From positions 91,996,871-92,060,870 of the forward strand of contig JARFYF010000001.1 in the NCBI GenBank assembly GCA_030265395.1: DNA of 64,000 nucleotides. Reading direction: 5' to 3'. Shown here one piece after another: positions 27,946 to 40,900 of this stretch (positions within the stretch are counted from its first letter, which is position 1; each line of letters starts with the position of its first letter). The translations under genes and the position numbers were made by a program. Under the pieces are notes generated by a model. The model ran no database searches. It was not told the DNA's origin and saw only the letters and a program-made list of their open reading frames with translations. Source of the DNA: Rhina ancylostomus. Lineage: Eukaryota.

Positions 27946-30900
27946 TCATTCAGCACTCTCAGCAGAAGGTGATCTGGATCCGGAATGAGATCGGGATTTT
28001 GACCGAGAACGAGACCGGGATCGAGAATGAGATCTTGCACGCTCTGCTGACTGTGGGGATTTTGCTGGGGAAGGAGACCGGCCTTTCTGCTCCTTAGCAG
28101 GCACAGGTGATCTGCTACGAGAACGTGTTTTACTGCGACTCCTACTCTTTGACCTACTGTAGGACTTCCGGCCTCTGGACCGAGATCGGCTACGTGTTCG
28201 GCTACGAGATCTGGATGAACTGCGACTACGGGATCGGGACCTGCTCCGAGACCTGAAAATACAAAGAAAATGAGAATTGTAGACCTCAAGTATCTTTGTG
28301 CATATATGCATTGAGACAGCAAAGAATTTAATTCTCAAACACGTCCTGAACACATCAGTTCACAAAGCAAGGGCAATCCTCAATTTCCAGTTGCCAGCCA
28401 CTTTAATTGTCTTATCCTACTAATGAATTTGACATATTACTATTCCAAATGAAGCCCAAGAACAGCATCTGATCTTACTACTTGGCACACAGCTGCCTTG
28501 AGGATTCAAGATCCAATTCATCAATATCAAGCAACACCCTTTCTGGCTTGTTGCAGAACTGGACAATTTTGATAAAATGTCCACCTGTAACGTGACCTNN
28601 NNNNNNNNNACCCCCCCCCTAAATAAATGCTACTTGACCATTTGAGTATTTCCAGTATTCTGTTTTATTTCAATCATCTGAAGTGTCTTCTATGTCAGTT
28701 TCACAACTTGATTATCTCTAATTATTCACCCTCTATTTACAACACATTTGGACAGATATCTGCAATCAACAAGCCTTCACCATCTTCTCTCAGCTGTCAT
28801 TTGCAGTCTACCAGGTGTTTCCTCTGAGACATCCCCTTTGTCTCCTCCATTATTCCCCCTTTGCCATATCCTTAAAATATGCTTTCTAACTTCACCTTGT
28901 TCTGATGCAGTCATCAACCTGAAATTTTAGCTCTTCCCCCCAGATTCCAAGAATTTCTAGCTTATTCTGCGGAAACGAAATGGATTGTTCTACTAAATCA
29001 TCCACCCTAAAATTCAAGACATTCTCCATTACCAAAACATGTTACTGTTCAAAGAACATCTTTTTTTAAAAAAAGGTTATTATAAACTAAATACCTCAGA
29101 ATGCTAGTTTTCACCAAAATCTCACAGCACTCTCCAAACTGTCAATCCTAAAAGAACGAAATATGTGCAAACCAAACAGGGCTGTCCCTCGAACACTGGG
29201 ACAGCATTCTCCAACATTTACCTGTATTGTTTACGTTCTTCAATCAGTCGGATCCTCCTTCCATTAAGTTCTGTTCCAGACAACTTGTCAAGTGCATTCT
29301 TCAGGTCACTATAGGATGCAAATTCTACAATCCTGAGAATGAAAAATGAAATAACTGAGGAAAAACTGCTCAGTTCTTCAGTACCACGTACTAGAACACA
29401 TGGGAGCGAACATAACTAAGAAATCAAGTGAAAATTTTGGACTCTTCAAAACTGCCACTTGAAAGTGTCATCATAAGATTTGGCTTTCAATATTTCATAG
29501 TATTATATAAAAAAAGACCCAACCATTAATACAGATCAGCTTAATTCAGCTTTGCAAACAGCACTTTAAAAATCAGTCAAGATATGACTGATAGCTGTAT
29601 CCAGCAGGAAAAAATGCTCAAAACCATACAAAAGGTCATTATAAGATAGCAACTCTGAAGTAATTCTTTGTTCTGCAATGAAAAATCATCAAAATAATTG
29701 ATATACATATAACTATGAATTCTCAACCAAATTCTAAGTGTAAGCTCAGTGGAAAACAAGTTGTTTGCATTATTTTAACATCTTAAGTATGATTAACAGG
29801 CTATGAAAGCCTTTGTTCTATTTTCCAAATTCAATGTTTAATGTACATGATTGTTTTCACCAGTTCTATCAACATTCAACAGACTGCTTCAGTTCAGATC
29901 AGCAGTTTCAAGCTGTTAAGACACCAATTCATTCTTGCAACTTACCCTTCATTGAGTTTGTGTCTGTGTGCATCTGCAAAAGTCACTTCTCCAGCCTGCC
30001 TCATAAAGTCCTTCAGATCCTAAGTAAGATCAGATCAATTAGGTAAAAAGGAGCACATTAAAATACTTGTTCTGTTATTTTCCAATATACAAGATCATTG
30101 GAAAAATTGTTTAAAAACAATTCTAATTTCAAAATTTATATTACCTTCCTGTACAATTCCCTAGGCTATTCACCCAGCCAAATGCAACAATCACTTGCAG
30201 AGGTACCACCACGACTGGAGACCAGATGGTGCTCTTCACCACCCACTTGACCGACGCTATCATTCGATGCGAGCCTTCCCGGACATCGCCCCACCTTAAA
30301 GGCAGACGCTGGCATTGCCATGGGAACAAACACTGCTACTCTTGCGCCGTACCAGGGACTCCTCACCTCACTCCAATCGAGCTTCCAACCAACCCTACTA
30401 GCGAATTTCTCCCATTTCTTTCAACCAAGGACCTCATTTTAGAGTGGGTGCCAAGAACTCTTGACTTTAGGAAGACACCATTTTCGGGGTGCAGCACGGA
30501 ACACTGGCATTAACCAAGTGCCCACCATGTAGGTCAGACCACCACACACAGATCTAGATCACCAAATGACAAACGTAGGAGCGGACTGGCATTTCAACTA
30601 GGCCCAAGAGACCAAGCCAGAGCGATTAGGAAAACCAACGGCACTCCTCGTCACAAGGCCAACGACATAACGAGAGGCTGGTAAATAAAGGTTTTAATAT
30701 TTGGTTAAACTTTGTAAACATTAAGCATAAAAACCAAACAAATGTCATTCTTAAGGCTTTCAAGGTTAACAAACAAGTTAACTGACTGAACTTCCAGAAG
30801 TCAAACTAATAGTACTGCAAATTAAACAGTTCACAAACTCCTCAATGCTATTCTATTAACCTGCACTGAAGGCAGGTATTTAATCAGTTTCCCCACTAAT

Positions 30901-33433
30901 GCTGATAACAATATGCCCAGTACCTGCCTTCTTTGTGGCTAGGGTCTACTTCCCCTCCCCGTCACCTGAGAGGAGCTAGCCTTGTGAGAAATCATGGGCA
31001 TTGACCCATACCTCACTTCAAATATTCCTGTTCCACCTCTTCTCGCAATGAGGCCAACAGGATTAACATCACCTCAGACACTCAGCAAATATTCAAATGT
31101 AATAGGGCTGGAGCTCTGAGAATAATAATTCAGGTCACAATAAGGCCTTCCAAAAAAGTTAGCTTAGAATTTTGTTTTACAAAATGAAAGATTAAAATGT
31201 GCACAATGTAATATCAACAATACAGAGGTTTCAAAAGTTCATACAAGGAATTGCAACAACTTAAGGAAGATAGGTTGTATTTGACCAAGTCACTTTACAG
31301 TAAAGGAACACAGATCTGCAATCTCTAAGGACCAAGTTCGAAATAATATAGATCTGGCAGAACAATGTAATAATTTACTTGCAAATATGACTACCCACAA
31401 TTCTGTGGTCAACTTCAACTAGCTAAGTAATCCATTCCAGAGAGGAAATATCAACATTAATTTTTCCCATCTCCAAAGCCAATTTGGCAGCAGCTAACTG
31501 ATAAATTGCAGTTTTCCCCAAGTTATCTATGTCTATGTAACTATTACTTGATTGATAATTTTTTCTCTTGATTTATTAGCTTAATTTGGTGAAGGAGTGA
31601 GCCCCTAAACTAAGGTGCGCCCTTCACTGTAAAGAGTCTTGACCAACCTTGAAAGCCCTATTCATATTTAATCCCAAAGGAATTACCAGTTTCATTCCAA
31701 TTTACAATTCGTGAGCAGTTTACACCACAAAAGACAATTTACTATTTTACATAACATACCTGCCAACTAACTCGTGAAGAGAGATTTTCAACAATCACTC
31801 GGTTTTCTGTACGAACTGGAGGCCCATTTCTAAAAGAGAATTAATGGAGGTCAGCACATTATCAAAACTGATTGCTGGTGCCCTTGAGTCAAGTTAATTT
31901 AAAGGAAACAATGAACTTCTTAAAAACGAATGAACTGATATTGTTCCCCAGCACAGACTTAGAAACCCTATCATTGCTTCAGTGATTAACTTCTCAAACT
32001 CTCCATGAACTGTAGAAGGGTCTCATGGTCAAGCTTAATGTTTAAAATTCCTAACTATGATAAACTGCTTGCCAGCACAGCCAGCTTCAGAATCCCATAA
32101 GAGAACTCGTGAACGAGCAATCCGATACCCATTTCTATTTAATAAGTGTTCAAAATACACCAGTCCAGCAATGATTCTTGCAGATGAACTTCTCAGCACA
32201 AAAACCCAGAAATGGACACAAGGAAATGAAGAAAAAATTAGTAGAAAAGGTGCCTAAACATTAATCTTACTATCATCTTAAGCTCTGCAGCATGCTAAAC
32301 AATTAAACACTTCCAAAGAGTACAAGTATATATTCAAATATTTGAATGCATCCCAGTATGGTCCAATGGCATTTGGCTCCTGTGCTCTTGCTCTACTTGT
32401 TATTTATTTAAACTATGAAGTTTTCATGGAAGAGCACAACACACTGGACTCACCTTCCCCCTCCTCCACTACTACGGGACCAACGCTGGCTAAAGCGACC
32501 TTGAAACCGTCCCCCTCCACGTCCTCCTCTAGGGCGTGCTCTGGCATGTTCAACTGTAACTCTGAAGATATTATACCATTAGTAGCTATAAGTATCACTG
32601 AGAATAAACACTGAGACACCACAAATGTATTTTTATACCTTTCATTGCACAATTCTTTTCCATCCAGCTCATAAACTGCATCTTCTGCATCTCTGTAATC
32701 TTCAAACTCCTAGAAAGAATTCAGCTTTTTTCTATTAAAGAGCTTATGATATATACTCTCAATAAAATGCAAGCCTTTTCAAGTCACTTCATTATTGCTT
32801 TGACTGTCTCTTGCATCAGATTCTACTCAACCTGAGTGTTTCTGACAATACTTTTGTTTTAGCATTTTTTGATTAATAAGCTTTATGTAATGGTAATTAA
32901 TGCAATCTCTCTCTTCAATCCTTAGTATTGATATTACTTAAGGTATATTTAATTTACTCAATGCAAACATCTTTTATGCAGACTGCCACTAATGTTTTTA
33001 AAGTGAAGTGATATAAATGAGAAAAGATTAGAAAATGGATGAAGACATTACATGTGCATGAGTGAGAAAGAATTACATGGGAGAAAAATAAGGCCTGTGT
33101 TTGGGTCAAATGGATTTTTCGTGTTGAAAATGATTTCATAATGCAAGCTACAGATTAATTTCAGCACTATCAGGTGACTATTGCCTTAATTTTGATAATC
33201 AACACAATGCATGATGCAAAACAGAATAAACAGTGGAATAGATAACAAGATCAATCAAGCTTCTTACAATTTTATTTGAACCTATGCAAATGTACAAAAG
33301 AAAAACTTACCACAAATCCAAATCCATTCTTCAAATCAATTTCCTTAATTCGCCCGTACCCTTTGAAAAATTTCTCTACATTTCTCTCAGTAGCATGAGG
33401 GCTCAGTCTACCGATGAACACTCTGGAACTCAT
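27946..33433 (-). CDS. SRSF5: SRSF5-like splicing factor, tandem copy B (287 aa)
   Basis: Exons 33433-33311 (123, [41 protein letters not shown]), 32709-32639 (71), 32561-32454 (108), 31829-31760 (70), 30019-29946 (74), 29332-29222 (111) and 28252-27946 (307, RS domain, TGA). All introns are GT-AG; 864 nt open frame. Confidence 0.93.
30145..30677 (-). other. Conserved poison cassette exon of SRSF5 copy B, 533 nt
   Basis: Same acceptor as copy A; reads [11 protein letters not shown]; donor AGGAAG|GTAATA. Confidence 0.8.
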
Positions 33434-35174
33434 CCTAAACAATGAACACCTAGAAAAATATGGGAGACAAAAACAAAACTTGATTTCTTCTGTTCAGATT
33501 TAAAACATTTGAACAGCAGTCTCATCATCATTTAACAGCCATTCCTTAAAAGTCATTTAGAAAAATGCCCAGTTTTATTACCGAAGCTTCACCTTCCTTA
33601 CATGGAAAGCACTTCCACAAGTAATAACAATGAAAGAACATTAACTAGTTTCAAATGCATTAGTGTGTACCTCTGCTTTTAAGCTTCACAGGAGTACAAA
33701 GCATAGATTAAGGAAGAGCATTTCTTTTTAAAGATAGTACACTAGTGCCACAATTTACTAGTAGTGAAGTGAAGTGAATGCTCAAGGCAAAGTGGGATGT
33801 TAATGTTTTGCCTGCATGATGTAATTTAGAGTGCTTTTACAGGAACAATCCAGGAAGATAGAGGATTTCAACTTGGCTTTGACATACCAGGTAAATAGTG
33901 GAAAATTTTCGAAAAGTTAGGCAAGTTATTCGTGCAAAAATGTTGTTCATGAAGCTGTTCTGGAGCTGATGCAATTGCCTAACAGCCACTACCACTTTTC
34001 TGGATCAAGAACTATACTAGACAATATACAGTAGAGATTCCTTCACTTGAGTACTTTTTGTTTGTTTTATTGGGTTTTATAATGCTTCAATTGGTCACTT
34101 GCTGCAAAACTGCAAAGTCTCAACCAAAGTGGCATTACAACGGTTTCTGTTTTTAAATTTCCAGTAGATTTCCTTTTGATTTTCCTCAATACCAGTAGTG
34201 CCAATGGATATTTAATCAAAGGTGACCTGATTATTGATGTCAATTCATAGTAATCCCTCATATCACTTTTCTGAAAGCTGAGAGCAGACCAACCAGGTGG
34301 TAACAATGGATTAGATTTATTCTGCTCTGTGAAGAGAACTGTTGTCGAAGTCGCAACTAGTCCTGGAAGACATCAGAACTCCAGCAAGCACCGAGTTCAG
34401 GATTCATAGACTTGGCTGAATCAGAAACTGGTCAGTTTCCCAACCATGCGGTGAAAAGAATTATTTTAAGACTTCATCAACATGGGCAACATTAAGAGAT
34501 GCAGGTGGAGCTAACCAACATTTCTGATAAAAGATGGTTGCACTAGTGGCCAGCACTCTGAACGTGTGCAGCAGACTCCTGTTTAAACAGTCTATGGTCA
34601 TTAAGAAACGTGCATGCCTATACTTATCACCTTTCAGCTTGTTACATCTTCTCTCCCCCCTCCCCAACTACTTCCCCTCCCTCACCTGGACTCGCCTGTC
34701 CAGTGTGTAGTCCTCCCCCTCCCCCCACCTTATTCTGGCTTCTGCCCTCTTCCTTTCTAGTCCTGAAGGACCTCGGCTGGAAACGTTGACTATTTATTTC
34801 CCTCCATGGATGCTGCCTGACCTGCTGAGTTCCTCGAGCACTTATTGTATATTGTGTATTGTTACCATGTATATTGCTTACTCCGTGAGCTTCACCTGAG
34901 CAACGAATTTCATTGCACCCTGGTGTATATGAAAACAATGAATCATTGGTGCATCTCAAGGTTCAGGGGAAGCAGTAAACTGATGCAAGGAGTCCTAGAA
35001 ACTTTAATTACTAGTGCTCATTTTCACTCACAGTCTTCGGTGTGTGGCCAATGCCAGTGTACATTGACAGAAAGGAAAACCGGGAGAGATATAAAATAGG
35101 TTGCAGATACAACATCATTCATTGCACAAAATCAAAATGAACTGCACTGTGTCTGCCAGGTTCTTGCAAGAAAA

Positions 35175-35515
35175 CAGTTTTCCATCTGTTAACCAACATT
35201 CAATCCATGGCTGTATATTATTCCAAGTTCCACATGCTCTTACTTTGTTTAGCAAACTCCTGTACAGGACCTTATGAAGAGCTTTCTGTAAATTCAAATA
35301 CATAACGTCCATTGATTCTCCTTTATCAGTTCTACTAGAAATATTTTCAAGGAACTCCAAATGATTAGTCAAACATAATTTCCCTTCCATAAGATCCTAC
35401 TGAATCTGCCTAATGCTATTACTATTTTCTAAGACCCTTGATATCACATCTTCTATTCTAGATTCCAGCATTTTCCCAACTTCCTATGTCAGGCTAACAG
35501 TTCAGTAGTTCCCTA
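35175..35515 (-). mobile_element. CR1-type LINE reverse transcriptase fragment
   Basis: GKLCLTNHLEFLENISSRTDKGESMDVMYLNLQKALHKV. Confidence 0.8.
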
Positions 35516-35669
35516 GAGATTAAAAACTATTCTCTTTTGTGGCATTGATTGGAGGTCAGGATATTCTCAACAAAAATGTGCATTCAGTCCAGTATGGTGT
35601 AAATCTTGTGCGTTTTTATTATTGTCTGCTTTGCTAGAAGTGAGATGAAATATGTTTAATTTCATAAAA

Positions 35670-37190
35670 ATGTAAGAAGTTGGAAGAGGAATCGGCAATT
35701 TGGCTCCTTGGGCCTGCTCCACAATTCAACAAAGTCATGGCTCATCTTCTACCTCAATGTTATTTTTCTAATCTATCTCCATAGCCCTTGATTCCTCTGA
35801 TACCCAGAAATCCAATCCCAGTTTTGAATGAACTCAATGAACTCCTTAGTCCTCCAGGAAAAAAAAATTCTGAAGATTAACCAGCTGTTGAATGAAGAAA
35901 TTCATCTCAGTTGTAAATGGTCCAGTCCTTATTTTGATAGTGTGACCCTTGGTTTTAGAGACCTCAACCAGGACAAGCATCCTCCCCGTATGCGTCCTGT
36001 TCTGGCCTCTGAGAATTTTGTATATTTCAATGAGGTCACCCCTCATTTTTCTTGATAGGCCAAACCTATCAAACCTAATCAACCTCTCCTCATATGGCAG
36101 ACCCATCATCCCAAGAACCACTCTGATCAATCTTCACTGCACTGCCTTTATAGCAAGTATATCCTTCTTTAGGTAAGGAGACTAAAATTGTATACAATGA
36201 TCTCAGTGTGGTCACTAAGACCCTATATATCATAGAAAGACATCTTTACTCTTGTTCTCAAATCCTCTTGCAAATAAGGCTAACATCTGACTTGGATGCA
36301 TCATGGCTTAGTATGGCAACTGTTCCACCCACAACTGCAAGAAACTGCAGAGTTGTGGACACAGCTCAGCACATCACGGAAACCCGCCTCGTCTCCGTGG
36401 ACTCTGTCTATACTTCTTCCTGCCTCAGTACAGCAGCCAGCATAATCAAAAATCCCAACCACCCTGCTCATTCTCTCTTCTCCCCTCTCCTATCAGGTAG
36501 AAGATATGAAATCTTGCAAGCACATACCACCAGGCTCAAGGACAACTTTTGTCTCGCTGTTATAAGACTACTGAATGGTTCCCTTGTACAATATGATGTA
36601 CTCTTAACCTCACAATCTATATTGTTGTGACCTTGCTTGTTGCACCTTATTGTCTAACTGCACTGCACTTTCTCAGTACTGTAACACTTTATTCTGCACT
36701 CTGTTATTGTTTTTGCCTTGTACTACCTCAATGCACTAGTGTAATGAATTGATCTGTACGGACGGTATGCAAGATAATTTTTTCACTGTACCTCGGTACA
36801 TGTGATAATAATAAACCAATTTTCCAATTTACTGTTTGTTGTCTCAGTAACTGCTGCACCTGTACATCAGCTTTCAATGACTTGTGTGAAAGGACACCCA
36901 ATTCCCTTTGAACATCAACATTTGCCAGTTTTTCACCATTTAAAGAGTACACAACATTTCTGTTCATCTCACTGGTATTTAATCTCACATTTTTCCATAT
37001 CGCACTCCATTTGTTATGCTGTCACCCACTCACTCAGATTGCCTACATTCTCTTCAAGCATCTTTGCACCCTCGTCAGTGCTCACATTCCCACTTAGATT
37101 CATGTCATCAGCAAACTTGGAAATATTATACTTGGCGCCTTCAACCAAATAGTTGGTATGGTTCGTGATGAGATGGAGGTCAAGCAACCA
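35670..37190 (-). mobile_element. CR1-type LINE 3' portion interrupted by a nested Rex1-type insertion
   Basis: GLPYEERL...RGDLIEIYKILRG (35846-36130) and YSLNGEKLANVDVQRELGVL (36728-36988), split by 36290-36820. Confidence 0.75.
36290..36820 (+). mobile_element. Rex1/Babar-type LINE 3' end
   Basis: RVVDTAQHIT...AASIIKNPNHPAHSLFSPLLSGRRY...TTRLKDNF; 3' tail gtgataataataaacc shared with 25615-25750 and 52030-52520. Confidence 0.8.
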
Positions 37191-37819
37191 TCACTGTGGA
37201 CAGCATCGCAGCACAGCTAGTGGAGCTGCTGCCTCAGAGCTCCACTGAGACAGGTTTTGGATTCTGTCTGTGTGGCATTTGCACCTTCTCCCTGCGGCAG
37301 TGCAGGCTTCCTCTGGGTGCACTGGTTTCCTCCCAGGCATACGGATTGTCTATTGCATTTTGCCCCTTGTGTGGAGTGAGTTGTAAAATCTCAGGGGAGC
37401 TGATGGGAATAAAATTGGAATGGTATAAAAATGACTGAAGGGCCTGTTTCTGTCATGGTTCTGGGTTCTGGCCCTCAATTTGGCTCCTTTAATGCCTTGT
37501 TGTCCAGCACATGGATTCCATGCNNNNNNNNNNNNNNNNNNNNNNNNNNNNNNNNNNNNNNNNNNNNNNNNNNNNNNNNNNNNNNNNNNNNNNNNNNNNN
37601 NNNNNNNNNNNNNNNNNNNNNNNNNNNNNNNNNNNNNNNNNNNNNNNNNNNNNNNNNNNNNNNNNNNNNNNNNNNNNNNNNNNNNNNNNNNNNNNNNNNN
37701 NNNNNNNNNNNNNNNNNNNNNNNNNNNNNNNNNNNNNNNNNNNNNNNNNNNNNNNNNNNNNNNNNNNNNNNNNNNNNNNNNNNNNNNNNNNNNNNNNNNN
37801 NNNNNNNNNNNNNNNNNNN

Positions 37820-37960
37820 GCCGCTGAAATGACGCAGTTTAAATAAAAGTCGATCACAAAATGGAGATCGCCAGTTACCCGGCGCTGACGTCACCACGGG
37901 GCGGGGCCCGGTGGCTCAAGTGTGGGGCTACGTCATCCCCGATCGGGCGGGATGGAGTCG
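37820..37960 (-). promoter_or_regulatory. CpG-rich promoter and exon 1 of copy B (partly in the assembly gap)
   Basis: CAAAATGGAG at 37857-37866, full CRE TGACGTCA at 37886-37893, GC box GGGGCGGGG at 37898-37906. 37830-37866 aligns with copy C 50208-50245. Confidence 0.7.
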
Positions 37961-40900
37961 AAGCCTTTGAGGGTCACATAGGACATAACAGTGCAAGTTA
38001 TTCGTGTAGTTCCTTTAATTTCGGCTGGGTGTTGGACGCTCGGAGTTAAAGTCGAGTTCATTGCCATGTGCACCCAGGACGGTGAGGTACAGGTACAATA
38101 AAAACCTTGCTTGCAGCAACTTCATTGGCATGTAGGTACAGACGGCAGACGTAATATAAATAATGCAAGGCAGTAAGGAGAGAAAGTGAGGGTGTGTGTG
38201 TGTGCAAAAACAAGACACAACTAGAGACGTCTATTGGTAGTGTAATACGTGGTCTCTAGTGTTCCATTGCTGAGATAGGGTTAGGGTTATGCAGGTCATT
38301 TCAAGAACCTGGTGGTTGTAGGAAAAGCCTCATCCTGGTGGCGTGGGACTTCAGGCTTCTGTACTTCCTGCCTGACGGCATTGACACAAGAAAATAGGAA
38401 TATCCTCTTAAACCTACACTGCCATTCAACATGATTGTGACTGATCTAAAGTGGCCTTAACCCCTCTGCCACTCCACCATAGTCCACATTTCCTAAAACT
38501 TTTAAAAAGTTCTCCACTTTAAATAGTACCTGATGATCTCACCTCCACAACACTCAGGTGTAGAGAATCCCAGAGATTCACCACCTTCTTCAAGGAGAAA
38601 TTCTTATGAACTTCAGTTTTAAATGACTGCCCCATACTTTGTAATTATACCCTTTTGTTGGTGACTCTCCCACTGATGAAACCATCTTAACAGCTATCCT
38701 GTCAAGCCCCTTAGGAACTTGCATGTTTCAGTAAAATCACCTGTCATTCTTCTAAAGTGCAAAAATACATTCCCAGGCATTGATGCCGTCGTCATGTGTT
38801 CACTTCCCGCCCCCATCCACATGCCTCACAGCATGTCCTCCTTTTCTCTAAATCACTTTGAGTATCTCCTGCACTTCTTACACACTCTCATCCTCCCTCA
38901 CCCCAATCCTAGCAGCACAATTGTCCATGATCTTGGCTCCAAGGCTGGCCACACAACTTCCCACATTCCCAGCCCTACTCCTGGCTGATTACCTGCCCAC
39001 ATACCTACCCATGCTGACCATACAATTGTCTACATTCCCATCCCCACACCTATTCCTACACCTGATGGAAAGCAAAGAAAACTGCCCAATCTGGAATCTG
39101 AAATAGAAATGCTGAAAGAACTCAACAAGTCAAACAGCATTGTAGAAAGTAAAGCTAGTTAACATTTCAGGTCAAACACCTTTCATCATCTGTTAACTGA
39201 TTTCTTTCCACAGATGTTCCTTGACAGGCTGAGTGCTTCCAGCATTTCTGTTTTTCTCCCTAACCCTGATGCTAGCCAAGCCGTAGCCCACATTTTCAGC
39301 CCAACTCCTGGGTGAACAATTGCTCATATTCCCAGAATGTTCCTGGTTACACAACTTCCCACATTCCAATTGCCACTAGTGTAATGGAGCTGTGCAGAAA
39401 ATTATGTTGAGTGGATGGCTAGGACAGTAGCAGATCAGTGTGGCTGTAACGATAGCCATCTTAGTGAAATGAAGTAATAACACAACAATAATTTGTACGT
39501 GATCAACTCTTGCTGTTCTTCTGCAGTCCCCCAGGGTCAAAGGCAACTTGGTTTCACACCAATTCTGTGGGTTCTTAGGTGACTATGAGTCCAAATGTGG
39601 GACCTGGAGACTACCACAGATGGGTAGTTTGGGAAATGGTGTAATTTCCACTAATNNNNNNNNNNNNNNNNNNNNNNNNNNNNNNNNNNNNNNNNNNNNN
39701 NNNNNNNNNNNNNNNNNNNNNNNNNNNNNNNNNNNNNNNNNNNNNNNNNNNNNNNNNNNNNNNNNNNNNNNNNNNNNNNNNNNNNNNNNNNNNNNNNNNN
39801 NNNNNNNNNNNNNNNNNNNNNNNNNNNNNNNNNNNNNNNNNNNNNNNNNNNNNNNNNNNNNNNNNNNNNNNNNNNNNNNNNNNNNNNNNNNNNNNNNNNN
39901 NNNNNNNNNNNNNNNNNNNNNNNNNNNNNNNNNNNNNNNNNNNNNNNNNNNNNNNNNNNNNNNNNNNNNNNNNNNNNNNNNNNNNNNNNNNNNNNNNNNN
40001 NNNNNNNNNNNNNNNNNNNNNNNNNNNNNNNNNNNNNNNNNNNNNNNNNNNNNNNNNNNTGAGAGGAAATACTGGAAGATTCTTGCAATGCTATTAACAT
40101 TGCTTACATTCTTTCAGCCTCCTGCAACTATTCCCAACCAACTACTAGCAACTAACTTTAAGCAATATACCTAGATGTGCTTCAGACAACTGCTTCTTAA
40201 TAGCTGTTGATTCCTGTGGTGGAACAAGATCTCTAAATCCCCACAGAACCAGACCTTTCTTAGTGTTTAACTTATTACTACTTAAAGATGATGCATTGCA
40301 CCATTTTCTTTATCTTCCCATCCTTGCTGGATGTTTGGGTACACCTGAGAGCATGCACCACTACCTGTGGTACAAGTAGAACTTTATCACTCTAACCTAG
40401 AGCTAAACCTATCTAATTGTGAGTATTGCTTCTCTAGTTTTGTATCAAAGTTCCTTTCCAATCTGTCACTCCTCTACATTCTCTATATAGTGTGACAAAA
40501 CCACAACAATACAAATTGCTGATGTCTGGTGGTACTTTGCATAACTTCACTGGACCATAATGAAGAACAATCCATGAAATCAGCAGCAACTGCTTTGACT
40601 TTCAGACCCCAACTTCTTGACTTTGTCCATTTCCATGCTGTGATTCAGCAAATCATGTCGAGATCCTAACATTACTGAAAGATTTACAGGGAATGTTAGG
40701 AGTGATACTTTAAGTTGTCTTTAATTCCACACAACTGCATCCCTTTAAACACTATTTTCATACCTTACAGAAATCTCTGCAACATTGGCTCAACAANNNN
40801 NNNNNNNNNNNNNNNNNNNNNNNNNNNNNNNNNNNNNNNNNNNNNNNNNNNNNNNNNNNNNNNNNNNNNNNNNNNNNNNNNNNNNNNNNNNNNNNNACCA

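Noticed and set aside
30166-30366. Small ORFs inside the poison exons of B (30166-30366) and C (44547-44753) sharing VPMA..EEH..TSA..CIWL.E
   Set aside because: The frame shifts internally between B and C (GDVREGS is in a different frame in B), and the equivalent frame in A stops early ([11 protein letters not shown]). The similarity is best explained as a by-product of nucleotide conservation.
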